Positions 57,129-64,000 of a DNA stretch of 64,000 bases are shown in pieces. Position 1 is the stretch's first letter. Each line of letters opens with the position of its first letter. Location of the stretch: IMG/VR virus record IMGVR_UViG_3300028840_002524, positions 32,001 to 96,000 of that record; one strand, given 5' to 3'. A program made the translations under genes and the position numbers. Source of the DNA: a virus. The notes below the pieces were generated by a model. That model ran no database searches. It saw only the letters and a program-made list of their open reading frames with translations, and was not told the DNA's origin.

Positions 57129-59091
57129 GGGGGAGATCGAGGCTATCTACTCCGACCTCGAAAAGGGCAGCGAGAAGCTGTTCTCCAGGCTGAGCCCGGA
57201 GCAGCGCGACTGGTTTATCAACCTCTTCGAGCGCCTTTCCGAGGGGGATGAGGCCATGCTCGAAGCCCTCTATGCCCAGGACTACGACCACATTCCTGTG
57301 TCCCCCGAGGTGTTTTTCACCGAGACCGACTACCTCGGGCACATGGGGAAGGACCTTTATCGGGCGTGGTGGCCCCACGTTCTCAACATCTGCGACCCGC
57401 AGAAGAACGTCTCCGAGGTGATTTTCACGGGGGCAATCGGGTTCGGGAAGTCATTCGTGGCGAATGCGTTCCTCATCCCCTACAAAATCTACTGGCTCTC
57501 CTGCCTGCGGAACCCGGCGCGGTACTTCGGCCTCGCGGACAACACCAAGATCGTGTTCGGTATCTACGCCATCACAAAGGACCACGCGGAGGAAATCGGA
57601 TTCTACGACCTCCGGGATCAGGCCCTCGACAACAGCCCGTACTTCCGCTACGTGTTCCCCCGTGTGCCCGGTGAAGGGACCCTGATTAGCTTTGACAAGG
57701 GAATCCGGGTCCTTCTCGGGTCGAAAGAACTCCACGCCATCGGCCACAACCTGTTCGCCATCTCCCTCGATGAGCTGAACTTCTACGAGCAGGGCAAGAA
57801 CACAAAGAACAAGGCCCACGACCTCGTGGCGGCCGTCTCGCGCCGTACCGAGTCCCGGTTCAGGACGGAATCCGGGGCCGTGGCCGGGTTCGTGGTACTC
57901 ATCTCCTCGAAGCGCACAGAGACCGACTTCCTGGAAGAGCGCCTGCGGAAGGTCCGACGGCTCCCTGGCGTTTACGTCGTTGACGCCGCGTTCTGGGAAT
58001 TTGACGAAAAGACGATCTACAGCGGCAAGAAGTTCCGGGTGCAGCTCGGGGATGAATTCCGGGACGCGGCCGTGCTCGATGAGGTCCTCTTCGACACCGA
58101 TGGGGTCGATGTGCTGGACATCCGGGCCGTCGGAACCGAGGACGATACGGCCGAAACAATCGTGGTGCCCGTCGAGCACTACAAGGCTTTCGTCGAGGAC
58201 CTCAGCGGGTCGATCCGCGACGTGGCCGGGCGCAGCACCAGGGGGTTCAACCCCTTTTTCGGGAACAAGCAGATCGTCCACGACATGGTGGACCCGTCCC
58301 TCCCGGCCGCGTTCGACGCCGAGAGAATCCCCATTTACGTGGACGACAACCGGCAGCTCGTGGAGGCCCTCAGCGTGAAGCGCCTCTGCCGGGTGAACAT
58401 GAACCGGTGGATCCCGCTCAGGCATCCGGGGGCGCCTCGGTACATCCACATCGACCTCGCCAAGAACAAGGACGCCTGCGGGATCGCCATGATCCACCCC
58501 TCCAGCCACTACATCACCAAGGAAGAGGATGAGGAGGGACGGCTCCGCGAGGAGGATGGGGTCCCGATCATCACGGTGGTGAAGGAAATCGAGATCGACT
58601 TCGCCCTCGCCGTGACGGCCGGTCCCCGTGGGGAGGAGATCGACTTCCAGAAAATCCGTAACTTCGTGCTCTTTCTGCGCAGCATCGGGTTCTGGATTCG
58701 GGAGGTGACCTACGATTCCTGGGAGTCCGTGGACAGCATCCAGCTCCTGCGCGGCGCGTCCATCACGGCCGACGTGCAGTCCGTGGACCGCACGGCCGTC
58801 CCGTACAAGACCCTGCGACGTGCCCTCGCCGAGCGGCGCGTCCGAGGGGCGCCCAACGAACTCCTTCGCACGGAGCTCATAGGCTTGGAACATGACGTGG
58901 AAGCGGATAAGGTGGACCACAGGGAGGGCGAGTCGAAAGACGTTGCGGATGCCACGTGCGGCTCGACTTACCGCTGCCTCATCGACAAGATTAAGCCGGG
59001 TGACGTGCCTCCGGAACACCGGGGGCAGACCACAAAAACACGGGATTCGAAGTACGACAAGTACCTCGACCAGATCAAGGGGATTGTGTGA
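57082..59091 (+). CDS. terL: terminase large subunit
   Basis: Walker A 'GAIGFGKS', Walker B 'SLDELN', 'ISS', nuclease 'HIDLA...D', 'VTYDSW', 'KVDH....SKDVADA'. Confidence 0.92.
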   Translation: MQHPNPKEIAAAPLSEGEIEAIYSDLEKGSEKLFSRLSPEQRDWFINLFERLSEGDEAMLEALYAQDYDHIPVSPEVFFTETDYLGHMGKDLYRAWWPHVLNICDPQKNVSEVIFTGAIGFGKSFVANAFLIPYKIYWLSCLRNPARYFGLADNTKIVFGIYAITKDHAEEIGFYDLRDQALDNSPYFRYVFPRVPGEGTLISFDKGIRVLLGSKELHAIGHNLFAISLDELNFYEQGKNTKNKAHDLVAAVSRRTESRFRTESGAVAGFVVLISSKRTETDFLEERLRKVRRLPGVYVVDAAFWEFDEKTIYSGKKFRVQLGDEFRDAAVLDEVLFDTDGVDVLDIRAVGTEDDTAETIVVPVEHYKAFVEDLSGSIRDVAGRSTRGFNPFFGNKQIVHDMVDPSLPAAFDAERIPIYVDDNRQLVEALSVKRLCRVNMNRWIPLRHPGAPRYIHIDLAKNKDACGIAMIHPSSHYITKEEDEEGRLREEDGVPIITVVKEIEIDFALAVTAGPRGEEIDFQKIRNFVLFLRSIGFWIREVTYDSWESVDSIQLLRGASITADVQSVDRTAVPYKTLRRALAERRVRGAPNELLRTELIGLEHDVEADKVDHREGESKDVADATCGSTYRCLIDKIKPGDVPPEHRGQTTKTRDSKYDKYLDQIKGIV

Positions 59092-60827
59092 TGAACGACA
59101 TGCTGGAAATGGTGCTATTTCCGTGGTCATCCTTGGCCCGGATCCAGGGCTTGCAGCGGCGCCCCGAGATGGGTCGCAGCTACCCCATGCCGCAGCCCAG
59201 GGACAAGGCACGCTCCCGCGACCCCATCGAGAGGGGCAGCCGGTCCGGTGACTGGGTGGACCAGATCATCGGGACCCAGAGGCAGTACACCCGGCTCGAA
59301 CTCTACGCAATATACCGCGAGATGGACATGGACCCGCTCATCATGACGGTCCTGGATGCCTACGCGGAGGACGCCACCCAGAGGGACTTCGAGAGCGGCC
59401 GCACGGTCTGGGCCACGGCCAAGAACCCCGAGGTGCGCAAGATCGTGACGCAGTGTCTCGAACGCATGGAGATCGAGGACGTGGCATTCGCCATCGTGCG
59501 CTCCATGGCGAAGTTCGGCGACGAGTTCGAGCGCGTCGTGGCCGCCCAGAACGCGGGAATCCTCCACATCCGAGGGTACGACCCGTGGGACATCGCCCGG
59601 ATCGAGGACGAGCACGGGCGCCTGGAGGCGTTTTCTCCGTGCGATGCCGAGGGACGGCCTACCAACGTGCAGAGCAATTCGGTGCCCTTCTACAAGGCGC
59701 TCCATTTCCGCCTGCGTGGTATCAGGCGAAACGACATCTACGGCGGCTCCATCCTGTGGGGCTCCCGCGAGAAGTGGCGGCAGCTTCAGCTCATCGAGGA
59801 CCAGATCGTCATGCAGCGCCTCCTTCGGCGCCCCGACCGTCTCCTGATCCTCATGGACGTAGGCGGCATGCCGCTGGCGGAAGCGTATGAGGCGTGCAAA
59901 GAGTGGGAGGACCGGATCTACAAGGAGCACAATGTGGACCCGGTGAGCGGTATTTTCACGTCCCAGGGCACCCCCCTCCACGAGGCCCGGGACCTGATCC
60001 TCCCCCTCGGGCAGGACAACAATACGCGCATCGAGAACCTTCCCGCCACGACGGGGAACGATCTCTTCCGGGACTTCGAGATCATCCTCGGCCGTCTCCT
60101 GGGCGGCCTGCGGATGCCCAAGGGCTACTTCGGCTTCGAGGGCGCCTACGAGCCCAACATGAGCCTCGGGAAGCAAGACGTGAGGTTCGCCAAGACGGCC
60201 ACGAGGATCCAGCGGGCATTCCTGGGGGAACTCGTGCGGGCGTGCATGATCGACCTCGCGTTCCACAACCTGGACCCGTTCCGGGATGAGAACGCTTTCG
60301 ACCTCCACATGGCCCCCGTGAGCGCATTCGCCGAGATCGAGCGGGCCGAGCTCCTCCAGATGCGCGTGGACCTCATGGACCGCCTTGCCCGGCTCGGGGA
60401 GGATATGGGCTTCAACAAGGAGGCGTGGATTCCTTACGTCCTCGAAGAGGTCGGTCGGGTGCCCAAGGACCTCGTTGACAAGCTCACCGCCCAGGGCGAG
60501 GGGGCGGCGGCCGAGGCCGTCGAGGCCCTTTCCGAGGACCCCAAGGCCCTCGCCGGTCTCGCGCTCATCCAGGAGGGCCTCCCGACGATCAGTTCCCGCA
60601 GCAAGCGCGGGGGCATGAAGGGCGGCGTGGAAGAGGCGCAGCAGGCCCTCAGCGAGGCCGTCAAGCGCCTCAAGGAGTCGGGCGCTGAGGATGAGAAAAC
60701 CTGGGCCCCGCTCAAGACCATCCCGGCCGGGTCGGACGCCGTGCGTGCCATGCACACGGAGAGGGCAGAGCGCCGTCTCCAGGTGATCCGTGGCCTTTCC
60801 AATGTTCCGGAGAGGGCAGCATCGTGA
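59091..60827 (+). CDS. portal protein (T4 gp20-like)
   Basis: 'YREMDMDP', 'LHFRL', 'GSIL', 'QLQLIED..VMQRL.R.PDR....DVG.MP', 'IENLP', 'QDVRFAK'. Confidence 0.92.
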   Translation: MNDMLEMVLFPWSSLARIQGLQRRPEMGRSYPMPQPRDKARSRDPIERGSRSGDWVDQIIGTQRQYTRLELYAIYREMDMDPLIMTVLDAYAEDATQRDFESGRTVWATAKNPEVRKIVTQCLERMEIEDVAFAIVRSMAKFGDEFERVVAAQNAGILHIRGYDPWDIARIEDEHGRLEAFSPCDAEGRPTNVQSNSVPFYKALHFRLRGIRRNDIYGGSILWGSREKWRQLQLIEDQIVMQRLLRRPDRLLILMDVGGMPLAEAYEACKEWEDRIYKEHNVDPVSGIFTSQGTPLHEARDLILPLGQDNNTRIENLPATTGNDLFRDFEIILGRLLGGLRMPKGYFGFEGAYEPNMSLGKQDVRFAKTATRIQRAFLGELVRACMIDLAFHNLDPFRDENAFDLHMAPVSAFAEIERAELLQMRVDLMDRLARLGEDMGFNKEAWIPYVLEEVGRVPKDLVDKLTAQGEGAAAEAVEALSEDPKALAGLALIQEGLPTISSRSKRGGMKGGVEEAQQALSEAVKRLKESGAEDEKTWAPLKTIPAGSDAVRAMHTERAERRLQVIRGLSNVPERAAS

Positions 60828-61144
60828 CCGAAGAGGTACGAACCTCCAGCAAGGAGATGATGCGCAGGATCGCCCGGCGCACAAAGATTCCCCAGAAAAC
60901 GGTGGCGAGCGTGATGACAGCCTTTGCCGAGGAGGTGGGGAACGCCCTGCTCCAGGGGGAGGTGGTCATCGTACGGGGAGTGGGGCGCCTGCGGCGGAAG
61001 TGCTACACGGCACGAAACTGCCCCACCCTATCGGGGAAGCGTGTCACCATAGTTAGGCACGGTGTCGCCCTCAAGACCTCGGGAGCTCTCCTGAACAGGC
61101 TCAAGGAGGGGAAGGATATTTTCGATGAAGTCGAGCAGCTCTGA
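60824..61144 (+). CDS. HU/IHF-family DNA-binding protein
   Basis: 'KEMMRRIA', 'LLQGEVVIVRGVGRL', 'ARNCP..SGKRV.I', 'LK'. Confidence 0.8.
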   Translation: MTEEVRTSSKEMMRRIARRTKIPQKTVASVMTAFAEEVGNALLQGEVVIVRGVGRLRRKCYTARNCPTLSGKRVTIVRHGVALKTSGALLNRLKEGKDIFDEVEQL

Positions 61145-61301
61145 CGACACCCGAATCATCGTGGCCTACAAGTCCGAGTGCCCCATGGCGAAGGACGGCA
61201 AGCACGAGTGGAAGATGGGGAGCGGCGACGCGGGCAACATGCCCTCCCTGGAGTGCGCCCTCTGCGGCCAGCTCACAACCCAGAGGAAGCTGTGCGACTG
61301 A
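61125..61301 (+). CDS. small zinc-finger protein (58 aa)
   Basis: Hand translation MKSSSSDDTRIIVAYKSECPMAKDGKHEWKMGSGDAGNMPSLECALCGQLTTQRKLCD*; C-x7-H...CxxC; fills gap. Confidence 0.6.
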   Translation: MKSSSSDDTRIIVAYKSECPMAKDGKHEWKMGSGDAGNMPSLECALCGQLTTQRKLCD

Positions 61302-62344
61302 TCGAACTCGACCAGCTTTTCCTCGTGCTTGAGGATGACCCAGGGATCGGCGACATATCGGACCCCTTCTCTGGGATCGGCGCCCAGGCGCGTGAGGACA
61401 TCGCCCCGGCCCTCGAAGCGTATCGACGGTGGGAGAAAGACCAGCTCCTATCGTGGTCCATCGCGGAGAGCAAGGCTGTGGGGAGCGTCGCGTACGAGCC
61501 CTTTTCGAGGGGGCGCGAGTTTGCCAGCATCGCGGCTCGGCGCCCCTCCTACGCCCGCGAAATCCGCTACGAACTCTCCTCAGCCAGGAAGATATTCAAC
61601 CGTATCCAGGCCGATCTCAGCGCCAAGCTCTTGCGCCTGACCCGCGAATTCTCCGATGGGGAATACACGGCGGCCGAGTACCAGCGCCTCTCCGCCGAGA
61701 TGCTCACGGACTACTACGAACGGGCGTTCAATGCGGGACGAAAGGCTTCGGGCCTCCCCAAGTTCATGCCGAAGCAGACGCAGCCCACGCAGTGGGAGCG
61801 GTCCTGGTTCCGCTCGGCCGTTCGACAGGAGCTCGCGTTCTGGAACAATTTCGTGGCCGATCTCGCGGCCGGGCGCGTCCAGTTCGCCCCGAAAGACATC
61901 AACGTGCTCCCGAGACCCCCGGCGCGTCCCTACTTCGCCGAGGAGCGCATCGGGATGTTTGTCAAGTCCCTGGAGTCCATGTTCGACTCGGCCCGGGTCA
62001 CCGGCCTCCCCGAGAACGTCCTCATCTACTGGAGCGGCCCCGGCCTCACGGACAAACGAATCTGTGCCGGGTGCGCGTACATCGTGGAGAGGCAGCCCTT
62101 CCCCAAGGACCTTGTACCGGCGGTACCCCGTGCGGGGATGACGCCCTGCCTAACAAACTGTAGGCACCGTCTCCTGGTACGCAAGGCCACCTCGAAGGAG
62201 ATCACGCAGCGAAAGCGGGCCCTCCCGAAGAGGGCGTCCATGGTGGCCGGGCTGGAGAAGATCATGAAGGAGCGTCGCGGCGGGGGCCGTAGGCGCTTAC
62301 GCAAGCCCCGGGGCGCCCTCACGAATCCGTGGGGGAACAAGTAG
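61292..62344 (+). CDS. head morphogenesis protein (SPP1 gp7 / MuF-like)
   Basis: GTG 61292 after GAGGA; 'YW......RICAGC', 'P......CLTNCRHRL'; near portal. Confidence 0.7.
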   Translation: MRLIELDQLFLVLEDDPGIGDISDPFSGIGAQAREDIAPALEAYRRWEKDQLLSWSIAESKAVGSVAYEPFSRGREFASIAARRPSYAREIRYELSSARKIFNRIQADLSAKLLRLTREFSDGEYTAAEYQRLSAEMLTDYYERAFNAGRKASGLPKFMPKQTQPTQWERSWFRSAVRQELAFWNNFVADLAAGRVQFAPKDINVLPRPPARPYFAEERIGMFVKSLESMFDSARVTGLPENVLIYWSGPGLTDKRICAGCAYIVERQPFPKDLVPAVPRAGMTPCLTNCRHRLLVRKATSKEITQRKRALPKRASMVAGLEKIMKERRGGGRRRLRKPRGALTNPWGNK

Positions 62345-62877
62345 TGTATCTCCTTGCCCTGGACCTCGGCGTGGCCGGTTGTGGCGCGTGTCTCTACAAC
62401 ATCCGAACGGGTGACCTGGACCGCGTGAGCGGTGTCACCACCAAGAAGAACGGCAAGTTGACTGCCACGGTGGATGACTTCCGGAGAATGGGAGAGGTCC
62501 TCGACTTCTTGCAGGAGTTTCGGGATGAGCCCGTGGTGGGGGTGGCTTTCGAGGCACCGGCGGGGGCGAAGAGCGCCGACGCGGCCAAGAGCCTCGCCAC
62601 GGGGCGCACGATGGCCTACATGATCGCTCGGGAGGACAAGCTGCCCTGGCGAGCGTACACCGTAGGCGCTTGCAAAAAGGCTGTGGGGCTCAAAGGGAAC
62701 GCCAAAGCGGACAAGTCGATCACCCAAAAAGCGGTGATGGACCGGTGGCCCATGGCGCTGTGGCCCCTGGGGCAGAAGCATTTCGAGGACGCGGCCGACT
62801 CTGCGGCCGTGGTGTTGGCGGCCGAGAAAGACGGCTTTATTGAGGCACTGAAAGAGCGATGGAAACACCTCCTGTAA
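62329..62877 (+). CDS. ruvC: RuvC-like Holliday junction resolvase
   Basis: 'LALDLG..GCG', 'AFEAP', 'KKAV...GNAK..K', 'DAADSAAV'. Confidence 0.85.
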   Translation: MGEQVVYLLALDLGVAGCGACLYNIRTGDLDRVSGVTTKKNGKLTATVDDFRRMGEVLDFLQEFRDEPVVGVAFEAPAGAKSADAAKSLATGRTMAYMIAREDKLPWRAYTVGACKKAVGLKGNAKADKSITQKAVMDRWPMALWPLGQKHFEDAADSAAVVLAAEKDGFIEALKERWKHLL

Positions 62878-63161
62878 GCAAGATCATGCTCGAAATCGAC
62901 GGCCTGTTCTATCCCCAGACCGTTTTCGACGCCATGCTCAACAAGGTCATGGAGGAGGTCCTCCAGGGGATCATCAACCGTTCAAAGTCTCCCCGGCGCA
63001 CCGTGCTGCGCCTCAAGGCCCTCAGATCGACGGCCGTACGCGACCGCGTGTACAGAGAGGCCATGAAGCGTACCAAGGATTCCGTGCCCGGTCTCAGGCC
63101 CAAAGAGATCGACGATTCCTATACCCTCCTTTCTCGAAAAACATCCCAGAAATCCGCTTGA
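62859..63161 (+). CDS. hypothetical protein
   Basis: Fills gap, typical codon usage. Confidence 0.55.
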   Translation: METPPVSKIMLEIDGLFYPQTVFDAMLNKVMEEVLQGIINRSKSPRRTVLRLKALRSTAVRDRVYREAMKRTKDSVPGLRPKEIDDSYTLLSRKTSQKSA

Positions 63162-63186
63162 CAATCCGTTCGTGATAGCATAAGAT
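63158..63186 (+). promoter_or_regulatory. sigma70-type promoter, near copy of 33773 promoter
   Basis: TTGACA-ATCCGTTCGTGATAGCA-TAAGAT. Confidence 0.85.
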
Positions 63187-63210
63187 TCAAGCATTCGAAC
63201 GTGATTGGAG

Positions 63211-63810
63211 ATGCACATGGATGACGAAAAACGGGCCCTTCTCCACGAGGCCATCATGCTCAAGGGGAAGCTTGACTTCTTCGAGAAGAAGTACAAGGAG
63301 ACCAAGGCGGCCCTCCGGATGCTCATGGAGGAGGACGGCGATGCTTTCCTCGACACGGAGGACGGCAGGGCGTTCTACAAGAGCGGATCGGCCACCATGC
63401 TGACCGATGACGGCGCCACCATCGCCCGTCTCCTGCACAAGGACGAGCTCGTGGACCTCATCGCCGGGAAGAAGCTCACGAAGGGGGATGCAAATTTCCT
63501 CCTCACGGTCACCACCGGCCGCAACATCTCCAAGCTCCTCACCGAGGTTCCCTCGCGCTCCTTCACCGCCGAGAAAGCCCGTACCAAGGCCGAGAAAGCC
63601 CGTATGCAGGCGGCCATCGACGCGGAAGCCGAGGAGGCCATGAAGGACCTCCGCGAGCGCGTGAACCGCTTCCGCAAGCGCCTGGGCCTGGGGCGTAGCG
63701 AGCGCCTCGGGGAGCCGAAGGGCAGAGCGGCCGCGTACAGCGGAAAGGGGCGCCCGAGGAAGGGCGGAAAGCCCGCGAAGAAAAAGGCCGCGAAAGCGAA
63801 AAAGAAGTAA
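63211..63810 (+). CDS. hypothetical protein with histone-like Lys/Ala tail
   Basis: GGAG RBS; ends KGRPRKGGKPAKKKAAKAKKK. Confidence 0.7.
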   Translation: MHMDDEKRALLHEAIMLKGKLDFFEKKYKETKAALRMLMEEDGDAFLDTEDGRAFYKSGSATMLTDDGATIARLLHKDELVDLIAGKKLTKGDANFLLTVTTGRNISKLLTEVPSRSFTAEKARTKAEKARMQAAIDAEAEEAMKDLRERVNRFRKRLGLGRSERLGEPKGRAAAYSGKGRPRKGGKPAKKKAAKAKKK

Positions 63811-63856
63811 ATAAACCCCGCATTTCCACCGATATGAAGTATGGAGGATTTCCCCG

Positions 63857-64000
63857 ATGGCAAAACTTTCCCTGAACGACCTTGTGTCGAGGATTCGGGA
63901 GCTCATCCCAGAGGGGTGTTCCCTGGTCATCGACCACAGCCGGGTCCTGACAGTGGGCACCCCCAAAGAGGAACCGCCGAAAAAGGAGGAACCGCCCGCG
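63857..64000 (+). CDS. hypothetical protein (partial, runs off window)
   Basis: GGAGG RBS; MAKLSLNDLVSRIRELIPEGCSLVIDHSRVLTVGTPKEEPPKKEEPPA open to the end. Confidence 0.55.
   Translation, partial: MAKLSLNDLVSRIRELIPEGCSLVIDHSRVLTVGTPKEEPPKKEEPPA

Noticed and set aside
40624-59091. Inteins, group I introns or homing endonucleases in DnaB, PolA, RecA, TerL
   Set aside because: No intein terminal motifs or LAGLIDADG/HNH signatures recognised; insertions are short Cys-rich modules.

Overview
A 64-kb, high-GC (roughly 63-66% by eye) segment of a tailed dsDNA bacteriophage with a contractile (myovirus-type) tail. All credible genes are on the + strand; the long minus-strand ORFs are GC-rich shadows. 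Order: end of a neck protein and virion decoration/collagen-fibre genes (1-5.3 kb); a peptidase plus glycosylation cassette (5.3-8.6 kb); neck/tail completion, sheath, tube, chaperones, tape measure, baseplate and fibres (9.9-31.8 kb); a membrane/lysis block with no recognisable endolysin (32-33.7 kb); a terminator and sigma70-type promoter followed by replication/repair genes (family-4 UDG, Ski2/Hel308-like helicase, phosphatase, initiator with an internal origin, DnaC, DnaB, RNase H, primase, SSB, PolA, SF2 helicase, RecA; 33.8-50.9 kb); a lower-GC island with an RlmN/Cfr-like radical SAM gene (51-52.4 kb); nucleases; then terminase, T4-like portal, HU, head morphogenesis protein and RuvC (56-63 kb). 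Major capsid, prohead protease and integrase are not in the window. Most notable: (1) a naturally split RlmN/Cfr-like enzyme lacking the resolving cysteine, whose methyl-carrier 'AACGQL' segment is a separate 39-aa peptide, a candidate peptide-to-nucleic-acid cross-linking system; (2) a tRNA-shaped RNA with about 68 nt in place of the anticodon loop, ending 1 nt before the polymerase ATG; (3) a KKGV lysine-rich tag shared by many DNA-transaction proteins; (4) a candidate +1 frameshift in the tail chaperone; (5) an FN3 domain split across two tail genes. All family calls are from motif recognition by eye; no database search was run.
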